A stretch of DNA of 32,000 nucleotides from Allobaculum fili. Lineage in GTDB: Bacteria; Bacillota_I; Bacilli_A; Erysipelotrichales; Erysipelotrichaceae. The notes under the pieces are model-generated. The model worked only from the letters and a program-made list of their open reading frames with translations. It ran no database searches and was not told where the DNA came from. Shown in pieces: positions 1-9,727 of this stretch. The position numbers and the translations under genes are program-made. The stretch covers positions 30,001-62,000 of the forward strand of contig NZ_JAHDSX010000005.1 in assembly GCF_020969955.1 (NCBI RefSeq), in the 5' to 3' direction. Every line of letters begins with the position of its first letter. Position 1 is the first letter of the stretch.

Positions 1-626
1 TAGGCGTTGTCGTGGACCACGATGATGTCGTTGCGGGTGGCAAAATCGACCAGCTTCTCATAAAAGGCGTCGTTGGCGACGGCACCGGTCGGATTGTTTG
101 GATAGGAAACGACCATCATGCGCGCCCGCTTTGCGACATCCTGCGGGATCGCGTCAAAATCGATCAGATAATCGTTTTCCCGTTTCATCGGCATGTAGTA
201 CACGTCCGCACCGGCAAGAGAAGGCGCGGTACGGTAAATCGGGTAGCAGGGATCCGGAAGCAAAACCAGATCGCCCGGATCGCATAACGCCATCGGGATA
301 TGACTAAGCGCTTCCTGGCTGCCTTTCAGCGGGAAAATTTCTTCCGCTTCCAGCGAAACGCCATAGCGGCTGGCATACCATTCCTGCACGGCTTCAAGCA
401 GATCGGCACGGGGCGAGAGCGAATACTGATAATTGTCATCGTCCAGGCACGCGTTCGCGATGGCCTGCTTTACCGCGTCGCAGGGCGGAATATTGGAAGA
501 TCCGATCGAAAAATCTATGACGGAATTTCCCGTTCTTGCCGTATAGGCTTCCTTAGCCGCAAACAGATCCGAAAACGACGGAGCGCTGATCTCTTTTACG
601 CGGCGTGCTCCATATTTCATAGACAT
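1..626 (-). CDS. PLP-dependent aminotransferase, class I/II (5' part; gene runs off the left edge)
   Basis: Absent from the ORF track because it has no stop in the window. Reverse-complement translation from ATG 626 (alternative ATG 620, with GGAGG about 8 nt upstream) gives MSMKYGARRVKEISAPSFSDLF...GSQEALSHIPMALCDPGDLVLLPDPCYPIY...MMVVSYPNNPTGAV...IIVVHDNA. It carries the class I aminotransferase SYPNNPTG motif. The plus-strand ORFs 12..287 and 98..307 are its shadows. Confidence 0.8.
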   Translation of the reverse strand, partial: MSMKYGARRVKEISAPSFSDLFAAKEAYTARTGNSVIDFSIGSSNIPPCDAVKQAIANACLDDDNYQYSLSPRADLLEAVQEWYASRYGVSLEAEEIFPLKGSQEALSHIPMALCDPGDLVLLPDPCYPIYRTAPSLAGADVYYMPMKRENDYLIDFDAIPQDVAKRARMMVVSYPNNPTGAVANDAFYEKLVDFATRNDIIVVHDNA

Positions 627-895
627 ATCCTCCACTTTGAAAACTCATTATAGAGAGTTTGCCTCCCGCCGGCGTCGGCCCGGCGGGAATTTCTCCAAAT
701 TTCGCCCCATCCCGCTCAAAAACTCCCTGAAAAAAGCGTTTTCGATCTGTGTTCCGTTCGGCCTTTCGACTCTGTCTTTTGACGTCGTCTGAACTCTGTA
801 TGTGTAAAACGAGAACCGAAAGCTGCTGGCAGAGAACAGGATGCAAAGCATCGGAAACCGAGAACGGGCGCGCAGGGCGAATGTACAAAGACCGG

Positions 896-2332
896 CTAAA
901 ACTTTGTGTTCAGCTTTCCGTTGACCATCGTGCCCAGTACCTCTGGACGGCTTGTCTCGGTCCATTCCTGATCCAGGAACGTCAGATCGGCCAGAAAACC
1001 CGGTTCGATTTTTCCCAGCTCGTTTTCCTGATGGGACATATAGGCGCTTTCTTCGGTTACGGCCGATCGAATTTCGTCCATCGTCAGCGCATCGGGCATA
1101 TGCAGGGCCCAATAGGCATTTTCAAACACATCGCAGTCTTCAATCGGGCAGTCGGTCCCCATGGACAGGTGCGTACCGCGCTTGAGCGTTCCAAACGCGT
1201 AGCTGGTCGCAGCCTTTTCTTTTCCGACCCGCGATTCAACGACCGCCTGATCCGCTTTCCAGAATACCGGCTGCGCGTAAACGCAGATGTGCTGGTCGAT
1301 CAGCCGCTGTACCAGATCGGCATCAGTAATCTGCACGTGCAAAATGCCCCAGCGAAGCGTATTTTCGGCATCCTGATAGCGCGCAAAGACATCGAGAATC
1401 TGGCGAATGGCCTGATCGCCGATCGCATGAAAGACAACCGGCCGGTCCAGTTCCTTGCACGAACGGACGAAGGCGTCCATCGCGGCTTCATCCATCGTAC
1501 GGATGCCGCGATTGCCCGGATCGTCCGCATAGTCTTCCTGCATCCAGGCCGTTCGTCCGCCCAGCGCTCCATCCGCGAAGCCCTTGAACGGACCGTACGT
1601 ATGCGTCGGAGTGCGATACGCTTCAAACGCGCCCATGAATTCGCGCATTTCTTTTGGATCGTTGATGTTGACCTGATGATGAATCCGGATTTTTTCAGAC
1701 GCTTTTTTATAGAGCGGCAGGCGGCGTCTCCAGTTTCCGCTTTTCAAATCCGCCGGCTGCACCGCGGTCAGCCCCTTTTCCAGGCAGTGATCGACGGCTG
1801 CGTTGAGCTGTTCTTCTTCGTTTTCTTCGAGCAGCTTCATAAAAGGGAGGCAATCGTCCTCGCTGAAAATGCCGTCTTCTTTCCAGCAGCCGGCTTTTTG
1901 CATCGCCGCGCTGTTGGCCGTAAGAATGTGCGTACAGGAGCGTTCGATGACAATCGGTATGTCGGCGCTGACGGCGTCGAGATCCGTTCGGGTCGGCATC
2001 CGTTTTTCGTTCAGATCTTCCTGATTCCAGCCCATGCCATGGACGATCCGCTCGCTTTTGTCGATCTGTTCCTGAACGAGCGTCTGAATGTCCTTCATGC
2101 TTCTCGCGTTCTGGAGCGGCGCGCAGCTGAGTGCCTGTCCGGTCATGATCAGATGAAGGTGCGAATCATGAAATCCCGGATAAATCCAGGCGCCTTTTGC
2201 ATCCACACACTCATCCGACTCGTTTTGAAGGGTCTCCAGGGTTCCCGTTTTCTCGATTCGCGCATCATTGATCAGCAGCGCCGTATCATCTGGATGCGCG
2301 TAAATGTGCGCATTGAACAGTAAAGTTTTCAT
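896..2332 (-). CDS. metal-dependent amidohydrolase (Amidohydro_3 / YtcJ-like), substrate unknown
   Basis: 478-aa ORF. It has the N-terminal HxH metal site YPGFHDSHLHL, then VVFHAIGD and SMGTDCP motifs typical of YtcJ-like amidohydrolases. The 524-aa plus-strand ORF opposite has F/R/V-rich shadow composition. Confidence 0.85.
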   Translation of the reverse strand: MKTLLFNAHIYAHPDDTALLINDARIEKTGTLETLQNESDECVDAKGAWIYPGFHDSHLHLIMTGQALSCAPLQNARSMKDIQTLVQEQIDKSERIVHGMGWNQEDLNEKRMPTRTDLDAVSADIPIVIERSCTHILTANSAAMQKAGCWKEDGIFSEDDCLPFMKLLEENEEEQLNAAVDHCLEKGLTAVQPADLKSGNWRRRLPLYKKASEKIRIHHQVNINDPKEMREFMGAFEAYRTPTHTYGPFKGFADGALGGRTAWMQEDYADDPGNRGIRTMDEAAMDAFVRSCKELDRPVVFHAIGDQAIRQILDVFARYQDAENTLRWGILHVQITDADLVQRLIDQHICVYAQPVFWKADQAVVESRVGKEKAATSYAFGTLKRGTHLSMGTDCPIEDCDVFENAYWALHMPDALTMDEIRSAVTEESAYMSHQENELGKIEPGFLADLTFLDQEWTETSRPEVLGTMVNGKLNTKF

Positions 2333-2424
2333 TTGGCTTCTCCCATTTTCAAAAGAAGAGACTGTCTCTCTTTCCTGAAGGTTTCTGTCGTATTTCGATC
2401 GTTCTTTTCGAATTTTATATATAG

Positions 2425-2456
2425 AAAAGCCGGAATGGGTATCCGGCTTTTTTTTC
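2425..2456 (-). terminator. rho-independent terminator after the OppA-like gene (A-tract/T-tract on both sides, so potentially bidirectional)
   Basis: aaaagccgga-atgggta-tccggctttttttt: a 7-10 bp stem with U-tracts on either strand, 34 nt downstream of the stop at 2490. Confidence 0.7.
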
Positions 2457-2489
2457 AGTATGAGTTTTTATCGTGAACTGGGCGAAAAA

Positions 2490-4139
2490 TTACTCTTCGA
2501 TCGTTACGTACTTGTAAACGAACGGTACGCCAACTGGGTTGTCGACGAGGTTTTTCACTTTCGGGTTCAGCAGATCGGATGCACCGGTCTGGAATACAGG
2601 GCCTACAGCCACGTCGTCCATGGCGATCTTTTCTGCTTCTTTCAGCAGTTCCCAGCGCTCTTCAGCCGATGCAGCGCTTGCGGCTTCATCGAGCTTATCG
2701 GAATAAGCGGTGTTCGGGTATTTACCAAAGTTGAAGGATCCGCCTGGGAGCAGAACGTTCAGATATGTAGTCGGGTCTGCGTAGTCCGGGCCCCAGCGGG
2801 TGAGAACGATGTCAAAGTCGCCGTTCTGCTGGGTTTTCAGACGGGCGTTCTTTTCCTGCTGAATCATTTCGATGTTCAGACCATCGAGTTTTGCGAATTC
2901 GGACTGGATGAATTCAGCGGCTGGTTTAGCAGGATCGCTTGGCTCAAACAGGAAACGCAGGCTGATGGTGTCCTTGCCGAGTTCCTTTTTCGCCTGATCA
3001 AACAGTTTCTGCGCTTCTGCAAGGTTGTCTTCGTAATCGCCGGCGAAGTAGGCTTCAGCGGTTTCACGATAGTCCTTGCCGTCTGGTCCGTTGGCCAGTG
3101 CTTTGGTTACAAAACCTTCAGCTGGGATGGATCCGTCTTTGAGGATTTCATCGGTCAGGTTGGTTTTGTCGACAACGAGAGTCAGCGCCTTGCGCAGGTT
3201 TTCGTTGGCGAGATCTTCGTTTTCAAAGTTGTACTGGAGGTACCAGAGGAAGCTTCCCAGTACAGAAGTGAAGGCTTCGTCGTCTTTGTATTTATCAACG
3301 AGCGAAGAGTTCAGACGGGCATAGTCTGCCGATCCGTTTTCGTAAGTCAGTGCGGCGGTCGATGGATCTGGAACAACGGAAATGTTGATTTCATCGAGGG
3401 CGACATCGTCAGCGCCCCAGTATTTCTGGTTCTTGACGAATTTGAGGGAGTTGCCCTTGGTCCAGTTTTCGAGTTCGAACGGACCGCAGAACAGCAGATT
3501 TTCCGGAGACAGACCGTACTGGTCGCCCTGTTCTTCTGCGAATTTCTGGTTGATGGGGTAGAACGGAGGGAATGTGGTCAGCGATACAAAATACGGAGTT
3601 TTACGGCTGAGCGTAACTTCGAGTGTCTTGTCGTCTTTTGCGGTAACTGCGATTTCATCTTTCTTTTCCGGGTCGCCCATGGCTTCATCTGCACCTTTGA
3701 TGCAGGCGCCATCCGTTGTGAAGAGGTACGCATAGTCCGCTGTCGGGTCGGTAATGGTATCTTTCCATGCGTATTCGAAATCCGCCGCGGTAACGGGATC
3801 GCCGTTGGACCATTCGGCATCACGCAGATGGAAGGTATACGTCAGTTCATCGTCCGATACGTCGTAGCTTTCGGCAAGAGCCGGGACGATGTTGTGTTCA
3901 GGATCAGTGGTTTCCAGACCTTCGATAACCATGTTGATGGCTTCAAAGGACGTACCGTCGGTTGCCAGGGAGGAATCCATGGTAATGACATCGTTTTCCT
4001 TGATCAGGTTAAGAACCTGGGAACCAGTGGAAGATCCCGATGTGTTGCTCTGGTCTGTGCCGCCAGCTGGTGCGCTGGAGCAGGCCGCCATGGAAACAGC
4101 AGCCAGTGCGACTACGGACCCTTTTACAATCTTGTTCAT
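2490..4139 (-). CDS. ABC transporter substrate-binding lipoprotein, family 5 (peptide/nickel, OppA/DppA-like)
   Basis: 549 aa. Signal peptide with a lipobox-like AAVSMAAC|SS, then a Ser/Thr/Gly linker. Family-5 SBP-like sequence follows (LNLIKENDVITMDSS..., ESYDVSDDELTYTFHLRDAEWSNGDPVTAADF). Codon choice is rich in GCT/GGT/AAC/TTC/GAA, which suggests high expression. No permease or ATPase genes are nearby. Confidence 0.9.
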   Translation of the reverse strand: MNKIVKGSVVALAAVSMAACSSAPAGGTDQSNTSGSSTGSQVLNLIKENDVITMDSSLATDGTSFEAINMVIEGLETTDPEHNIVPALAESYDVSDDELTYTFHLRDAEWSNGDPVTAADFEYAWKDTITDPTADYAYLFTTDGACIKGADEAMGDPEKKDEIAVTAKDDKTLEVTLSRKTPYFVSLTTFPPFYPINQKFAEEQGDQYGLSPENLLFCGPFELENWTKGNSLKFVKNQKYWGADDVALDEINISVVPDPSTAALTYENGSADYARLNSSLVDKYKDDEAFTSVLGSFLWYLQYNFENEDLANENLRKALTLVVDKTNLTDEILKDGSIPAEGFVTKALANGPDGKDYRETAEAYFAGDYEDNLAEAQKLFDQAKKELGKDTISLRFLFEPSDPAKPAAEFIQSEFAKLDGLNIEMIQQEKNARLKTQQNGDFDIVLTRWGPDYADPTTYLNVLLPGGSFNFGKYPNTAYSDKLDEAASAASAEERWELLKEAEKIAMDDVAVGPVFQTGASDLLNPKVKNLVDNPVGVPFVYKYVTIEE

Positions 4140-4303
4140 AAAGAGTTCCTTTCTTCTTTTCCACCATTATACGAATCGCAATTCAAATAACGGTTGGATT
4201 TGGGAAAACCGAAAGGAATGATTTAAATGTGTTCGCTTTTAACCGGAAATTGATTTTTTCTCCTTCCGCTGTCGCTTTGCTTCAACAATCTAGTTAGCTA
4301 TTT

Positions 4304-4340
4304 TTCAAAAACGAGGGCGCGCTTCCTCCACGCGACGCCC
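4304..4340 (-). terminator. rho-independent terminator after adenine deaminase
   Basis: Minus strand reads gggcgtcgcg-tggaggaa-gcgcgccc followed by tcgtttttg. This is a GC-rich stem of about 8 bp with one bulge plus a U-tract, roughly 65 nt after the stop. Confidence 0.55.
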
Positions 4341-4402
4341 GCTGCCGTTCAAAACCGGATTCAGTCAGGAGAGAAAGGTAAAAACCGGTCGGAAAAGCCG
4401 CC

Positions 4403-6160
4403 CTACTCGTATGTGGCTCCGCTGGACACAAACGTCTGCTTTACAGTGTCAAACAGCCCTTTGTCCGTCAGACGAAGTTCCGGAATTACCGGCAGAGCCA
4501 GGAAGGCCAGACTGGTAAACGGGTCTACGCCTTTTTCAATGCCCATGGACTGTGCGAGCGCAATCAGACGATTCTGCTTCTCGACAATTTCTTCGGGTGC
4601 GGCTTCGCTCATCAGGCCGCCGACTTCCAGCGGCAGAGCCGCCTGAACGCGTCCATGAGAAGCCAGCGCATAGCCGCCGTTCATCTCGGTCAGGGCGTTA
4701 ATCGCGCAGGCCAGATCTTCGCGGTTATCCCCGATCGCGATGACATTGTGCGCGTCATGCGCAAACGAGGAAGCGATGGCCCCGCCTTTCAGACCGAACC
4801 CTTTGACCAGACAGCTTTGAACAGCACCGGTTTTTCCATAGCGTTCGCAAAGAACGAGCTGACTGATGCCCAGCATGGCCAGCGGATCTTCTCCATCTTC
4901 GACGTACATCGTTCCATCGCGCGTGAGCAGTTCGCCTGGAATGAGTTCAATCCGGTGCAGATCGCCCGAGAATACCGGCAGATCGTCCGCCTGGAACGTC
5001 GGCAGATGCACGCTGTGATACAGCGGCGCAAAGCGTTTCCGCCGCTCTGCTTCGGTTTTCGCGTTTTCTGAAGACGACATGGCTTTGGTGAATTCCTCTT
5101 CGATCTGCGCGTACGGCTTTCCGTTTTTGTATACATCGATAATTTCAAAGTCTTTCAGATCCTTGACGATGACCAGATCCGCCAGATAGCCGGGAGCCAC
5201 GGCTCCATGTTCTTTCAATCCAAAATGGCGGGCGCTCTGAATGGTCGCCATGCAGACGGCTTCGATCGGGTCGGCCCCGACATCCACGGCCTTTTTCAGG
5301 CACCAGTCGATATGACCGCGCGTTTCGATTTCTTCGAGATGCTTGTCATCGGTACAGAACGAGCAGTTTTCCAGCGATACGCCTTTTTCGATCAGGCCCT
5401 GCAGGATGGCTTCGAGATTTTGCGCGCCCGATCCTTCCCGCAAAAACAGATGCAGACCGGCTTCCAGCTTTTCGATCGCCTCGTCGGCATTGACCGCTTC
5501 GTGATCACTCGTAATGCCCGCCAGCCGATACGCCATCAGATCACGGCCATGAACGCCGGGCGCATGCCCGTCGATGGGCCGGCCTTCAAACGTTTCCAGA
5601 ATTTCCAGCATGCACTTATCTCCGTTCAGCACATCGTGAAAACGCATCACTTCGCCCAGGCCAAACACCTGATGATTTTTCACATACGGTTCCATATCCC
5701 GGGCCATAAAATCGCCGGCGCCGTTCGTTTCAAAACCGGTGGAGGGAACGGAAGAGGGCATCATCACATAAATATCGAGCGGAGAGAGCGCGGCTTCTTC
5801 GAGCATGTAGTCCAGCCCGGCTTTTCCGCCGGCATTGACGATTTCATGCGGGTCCGCCATCAGCACCGTCGTTCCCCGCTTCAAAAGCGGCAAAGAGACG
5901 CGAAGGGGCGAAGCCAGCGTGCTTTCAATATGAATATGGGCATCGATCAGACCCGGCAAAACATACGCGCCGTTCAGATCGTGCTCTTCCTTGCCGGTAT
6001 ACGATCCGATACCCGTAATTTTTCCGTCGTTGATCGCAATATCTTTGGATACGATCGTGTGGGTAAAGACATTGACGATGTTCGCGTTTTTCAGAACCAG
6101 ATCGCTGTCTTCGAGTCCTCTGGCTTTACGTATCGTTTTCTGCATAAATTCAAGATTCAT
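4403..6160 (-). CDS. ade: adenine deaminase
   Basis: 585 aa. The N-terminus shows ...IAINDGKITGIG...LPGLIDAHIHIESTLASP..., the characteristic adenine deaminase HxH region. Length and C-terminal domain organisation fit the Ade family. Confidence 0.9.
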   Translation of the reverse strand: MNLEFMQKTIRKARGLEDSDLVLKNANIVNVFTHTIVSKDIAINDGKITGIGSYTGKEEHDLNGAYVLPGLIDAHIHIESTLASPLRVSLPLLKRGTTVLMADPHEIVNAGGKAGLDYMLEEAALSPLDIYVMMPSSVPSTGFETNGAGDFMARDMEPYVKNHQVFGLGEVMRFHDVLNGDKCMLEILETFEGRPIDGHAPGVHGRDLMAYRLAGITSDHEAVNADEAIEKLEAGLHLFLREGSGAQNLEAILQGLIEKGVSLENCSFCTDDKHLEEIETRGHIDWCLKKAVDVGADPIEAVCMATIQSARHFGLKEHGAVAPGYLADLVIVKDLKDFEIIDVYKNGKPYAQIEEEFTKAMSSSENAKTEAERRKRFAPLYHSVHLPTFQADDLPVFSGDLHRIELIPGELLTRDGTMYVEDGEDPLAMLGISQLVLCERYGKTGAVQSCLVKGFGLKGGAIASSFAHDAHNVIAIGDNREDLACAINALTEMNGGYALASHGRVQAALPLEVGGLMSEAAPEEIVEKQNRLIALAQSMGIEKGVDPFTSLAFLALPVIPELRLTDKGLFDTVKQTFVSSGATYE

Positions 6161-6450
6161 AAATGGATTCCTTCTTTATCCCCGGACAAAGAGACTGGTT
6201 CAGCGTGTTTCGAATCGTCTCGACCGCTTCAGGCCGATCCGTTTTTCGTGGACATTCTTTCCGGGGACAGGATTTTGTATTTCGTTTTCAAAGCGCCGAT
6301 CTCGCCGGCCTGTTATGGAGCCGCTTTGGGGATCGGTTTGAGAAAGTATACCTTTGACCTGCATAAAATTATAAGAATCTGGTCGAGAAACTATCCTTAG
6401 AAGACATTTTCATTTTTCATCGCCTGGCCGCCTGGCCAGATCTGCCCATC

Positions 6451-6487
6451 AAAAAAGAGCGCGTTTCCTGTTCTGGAAACGGCGCTC
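6451..6487 (-). terminator. rho-independent terminator after the hexapeptide acetyltransferase
   Basis: Minus strand reads gagcgccgtttcc-agaaca-ggaaacgcgctc followed by ttttttg. The stem is 12 bp with one bulge. Confidence 0.65.
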
Positions 6488-6592
6488 CTGCTTCTGCATT
6501 GGGTCATGAAAAGACCGGCTTTGGGCGATCGATCTGGCCTGTTCGATTGGACCATACGGCTAGCGGATATTCTGTCTGACCTTTTCGTTTCT

Positions 6593-7138
6593 TCAGTCTT
6601 TGAACTTGTCCGCATCCAGCATGCGGATGACTCTGGCCGGACTGCCGACAACAACGGCGTAATCGGGCACATCCCGGTTGACCAGCGAATTGGCACCGAC
6701 GACGGCGTATTTTCCGACGGTAACGCCGGGAAGAATCGTCGCATTGGCGCCGATCCAGGCGCCTTTTTTGATGCGGATATCCGCGACGGTCAAAATATCG
6801 CGTTCATAAAAATCATGATTGTTTGTGATCAGCGCGCAGTTGAGCGCAATGCGCACATCGTCTTCAATCGTGATCTGGCCCGCACTCATGCACTTGCAGA
6901 AGGGCATGATGGAACAGTGCTTTCCGATATGAATATTGGATGCGAGATTGCAGTAAAACGGCGGACGAACGCGCGTACCTTCTCCTAAATCCGGCAGCAG
7001 TTCGTGCAGCAGCGCTTTATACTCCGCGCTTTCGGGCATGACTTGTCCCATTTCAAAAATCAGCCGGTCGGTACGTTCCCCTTCCGCCTTTCGAGCGGGA
7101 TTGGGCTGGCGCAGATCCAGTTCTGTAAATTCAAACAT
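6593..7138 (-). CDS. hexapeptide-repeat O-acetyltransferase (maltose/galactoside acetyltransferase-like)
   Basis: 181 aa. Left-handed beta-helix hexapeptide repeats are present ([35 protein letters not shown]...[49 protein letters not shown]). The Mac-type N-terminal region reads [16 protein letters not shown]. Confidence 0.85.
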   Translation of the reverse strand: MFEFTELDLRQPNPARKAEGERTDRLIFEMGQVMPESAEYKALLHELLPDLGEGTRVRPPFYCNLASNIHIGKHCSIMPFCKCMSAGQITIEDDVRIALNCALITNNHDFYERDILTVADIRIKKGAWIGANATILPGVTVGKYAVVGANSLVNRDVPDYAVVVGSPARVIRMLDADKFKD

Positions 7139-7278
7139 GTTGGGTTTCTCCTTGTTCTGTATCGGTCCGGGCCAAAGTCAGAGCGGGCCGTTTTTCAGCT
7201 TTGATTGTATTTCCTCAGATTCGATCCGCCCTCTGGCATGCATAGGACGGATGATACAGACCGGTCGGCGCATAAAAT

Positions 7279-7749
7279 TCATCGCCGACATACGTAAAGC
7301 CAAGCTTTGTAAGAGCGCGCGGATTTTTTATTTTCCGGGCGATGGCCCGCAAACAGAGAATCGGCATTCAGCGTCAAAAACGCATACGCAATCACGGCCG
7401 GCGCAGCTTCCACGGCATAGCCGCGTCCCCAAAACGCGGGAAGCAGATGAAAGCCCAGCTCATACTCTCCGGCTTTTGTTCCATGCGGCCGCAGTCCATA
7501 GCATCCGACAAACTCGCCGGAAGCACACTCAAAAAGCGGCCAGTACTGCACGCCATATTCTTTATCGTTTTCGATTTCCTGAGCCAGCCGGGCGGCGATT
7601 TCGTCTTCGTCAAAGCGGCCGCCTGCGCAAATCCAGCGAGTAACCTGTTCATTGCCCCACAGCCGGCGCGCCAGAGCCAGATCCGACGGCGTCCATTTTG
7701 AAAATTCGAGCCGGTTCGTTTTTAAAAAATACATTCCGTCCATTTCCAT
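7279..7749 (-). CDS. GNAT family N-acetyltransferase (RimJ/RimL-like); C-terminus apparently frameshifted, with the conserved end continuing in another frame to 7215
   Basis: 156-aa ORF with the GNAT core (LGFHLLPAFWGRGYAVEAA). After ...HRPENKKSAR it ends in non-homologous SYKAWLYVCRR*. The neighbouring frame reads RALTKLGFTYVGDEFYAPTGLYHPSY..., the expected GNAT C-terminus. Confidence 0.75.
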   Translation of the reverse strand: MEMDGMYFLKTNRLEFSKWTPSDLALARRLWGNEQVTRWICAGGRFDEDEIAARLAQEIENDKEYGVQYWPLFECASGEFVGCYGLRPHGTKAGEYELGFHLLPAFWGRGYAVEAAPAVIAYAFLTLNADSLFAGHRPENKKSARSYKAWLYVCRR

Positions 7750-7861
7750 AATCTCCGTTTTGAGCTTCCGTATTGTTTCCTGCTGTCCGTTTTCTCCGTT
7801 CCTTTTCTTTGTAAAATGTACCGCTCGTTCAACGCCGCAAACCTGTTGTGCTGCAAAAAGC

Positions 7862-7908
7862 CGAAAAAGGAGTCAAAGAAGATGCATTCACATCCGCTTT
7901 GACTCCTT
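7862..7908 (-). terminator. rho-independent terminator after guaA
   Basis: Minus strand reads aaggagtcaaag-(18 nt loop)-ctttgactcctt followed by tttcggcttttt. The stem is a perfect 12 bp. Confidence 0.7.
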
Positions 7909-7975
7909 CAGAGCATTCTTTAAATTTCCCGTTTTCCCGGATTTCAGAAAAAACGAGCATTTTCCCGCTTTGGTC

Positions 7976-9517
7976 TTATTCGAATTCGATCGTTCCAGGC
8001 GGCTTGGAGGTAATGTCGTACAGTACGCGGTTTACGTGCGGAACTTCATTAATGATGCGATCGGATACGCGGCCGAGCACATCCCATGGGATTTTCGCCC
8101 AGTCAGCGGTCATGCCGTCGATGGATGTAACCGCACGGATCGCTACCGCGTAGTCGTATGTACGCTGGTCGCCCATAACGCCGACCGAACGCATGTTGGT
8201 CAGCGCGGTGAAGTACTGCCAGATGTCCTGCTCGAGACCGGCTTTGGCAATTTCCTCACGCAGAATGGCGTCGGATTCGCGAACGATTTCCAGTTTTTCA
8301 TCGGTGATATCGCCGATGATGCGAATGCCAAGACCTGGTCCTGGGAACGGCTGTCTCCATACCATTTCGTGCGGCAGACCGAGTTCTTCGCCAAGCGCAC
8401 GGACTTCGTCCTTGAACAGCGTGTTCAGCGGTTCAATAAGCTTGAATTCCATGTCTTTTGGCAGAGCGCCGACGTTGTGGTGGGACTTGATCGTCTGCGC
8501 GGAATGGGTTCCAGATTCAATGACGTCGGTATACAGGGTACCCTGTGCGAGCCATTTGATGTTTTCGCCCTGCGCGATCTTGCCGGCTTCTTCATCAAAG
8601 GTGTAAATGAATTCGCTGCCGATAATTTTACGTTTCTGTTCCGGATCGCTGACACCGGCCAGACGTTTCATGAAACGGTCCTTGGCGTCGATCTTGACCA
8701 GATTGATGTTCATGTTGCGGCCAAACGTTTCCATTACGGATTCCGCTTCGCCTTTGCGCAGCAGACCGTGGTCGATGAACATCGCGATCAGCTGATCGCC
8801 GATCGCTTCGTGAAGCAGAGCGGCGACAACGGAAGAGTCTACGCCGCCGGAAAGACCAAGAAGAACTTTGTCATCGCCGACAAGATCCTTAATTTTCTTT
8901 TTCTGTACTTCAATGAAATCGTGCATGGACCAGTTTGCCTCGGCCTGGCAGATTTTGAAGACGAAATTGCGCAGGATGTCATTTCCATACACGGAATGGC
9001 GTACTTCGGGGTGGAACTGGAGCGCATAAATTTTCTTTTCTGTATTTTCCGCCGCCGCAAACGGGCAGGTTTCGCTTTTTGCGATCTGCTCAAAGCCGGG
9101 AGCCAGACGGGATACCTGGTCGCCGTGGGACATCCAGACGGTCTGTTCGGTTGGAAGTCCGTCAAAAAGAAGGTTTTCGCGGGTTACCGTAATTTCTGTG
9201 CGTCCGTATTCCTTGCGGTCGGATGCCAGAACCTGTCCCCCGAGGTCTTCCATGATTCTCTGCATGCCGTAGCAGATGCCGAGAAGAGGAATGCCGGATG
9301 TGTAAATTGCGGGGTCGCACTGCGGCGCGTCTTTGGCATAGACGGAGTTGGGGCCTCCGGAAAAAACAATGCCTTTTACATCGCCGAGGGCTAAAATTTC
9401 ATCCAGCGTCATTGTATTGGGATGCAGTTCGGAATAGACACCGAACTCACGAATCCGTCTGGCAATGAGCTGGTTGTACTGGGAGCCAAAGTCCAGAACA
9501 ATAATCTTATCTGCCAT
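7976..9517 (-). CDS. guaA: GMP synthase (glutamine-hydrolysing)
   Basis: 513 aa. N-terminal GATase domain ([20 protein letters not shown]), ATP-pyrophosphatase P-loop ([11 protein letters not shown]) and canonical C-terminus (KPPGTIEFE). Confidence 0.97.
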   Translation of the reverse strand: MADKIIVLDFGSQYNQLIARRIREFGVYSELHPNTMTLDEILALGDVKGIVFSGGPNSVYAKDAPQCDPAIYTSGIPLLGICYGMQRIMEDLGGQVLASDRKEYGRTEITVTRENLLFDGLPTEQTVWMSHGDQVSRLAPGFEQIAKSETCPFAAAENTEKKIYALQFHPEVRHSVYGNDILRNFVFKICQAEANWSMHDFIEVQKKKIKDLVGDDKVLLGLSGGVDSSVVAALLHEAIGDQLIAMFIDHGLLRKGEAESVMETFGRNMNINLVKIDAKDRFMKRLAGVSDPEQKRKIIGSEFIYTFDEEAGKIAQGENIKWLAQGTLYTDVIESGTHSAQTIKSHHNVGALPKDMEFKLIEPLNTLFKDEVRALGEELGLPHEMVWRQPFPGPGLGIRIIGDITDEKLEIVRESDAILREEIAKAGLEQDIWQYFTALTNMRSVGVMGDQRTYDYAVAIRAVTSIDGMTADWAKIPWDVLGRVSDRIINEVPHVNRVLYDITSKPPGTIEFE

Positions 9518-9588
9518 TAGTCAGCCTCTCATTCTTATGGTGTTTTGATGAATCAAACGGTTTTGCGGTCTCTCACCGCTTGATCTCG

Positions 9589-9617
9589 ATTATATCGACC
9601 GAAAACAGGCGGATCAA
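9589..9617 (-). promoter_or_regulatory. SigA-type promoter for guaA
   Basis: Minus strand reads TTGATC-17 nt-TATAAT. The -35 is the reverse complement of 9612-9617 and the -10 of 9589-9594. It lies about 70 nt upstream of the guaA ATG, with a GAGAGG SD before the start. Confidence 0.6.
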
Positions 9618-9727
9618 ACGAATGCGCTCTTTTCCAGTATGCGCTGCCCAATCCGTGAACAATTCGCCCGACGAATCAAAAGTCCGAAAGATAAAGCCCG
9701 TTTGATGAAATAGTCTAGTCGGATGGC

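Noticed and set aside
2460-4190. 576-aa plus-strand ORF spanning the whole OppA-like gene. Similar very long antisense ORFs occur at 749..2323 (+), 5207..6400 (+), 7652..9394 (+) and 13885..15096 (+).
   Set aside because: Their translations are F/V/R/C-rich with no recognisable motifs, no SD and no sensible starts. The opposite strand encodes unmistakable proteins (SBP, amidohydrolase, adenine deaminase, GuaA, zinc-ribbon protein). Long open antisense frames are expected when the sense genes avoid TTA/CTA/TCA codons. I see no evidence for overlapping genes.
9518-9727. Purine/guanine riboswitch upstream of guaA (and upstream of ade, 6161-6400).
   Set aside because: I scanned both leaders on the minus strand for the conserved purine aptamer core and found no match. 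The guaA leader is short (~70 nt) behind a near-consensus promoter.
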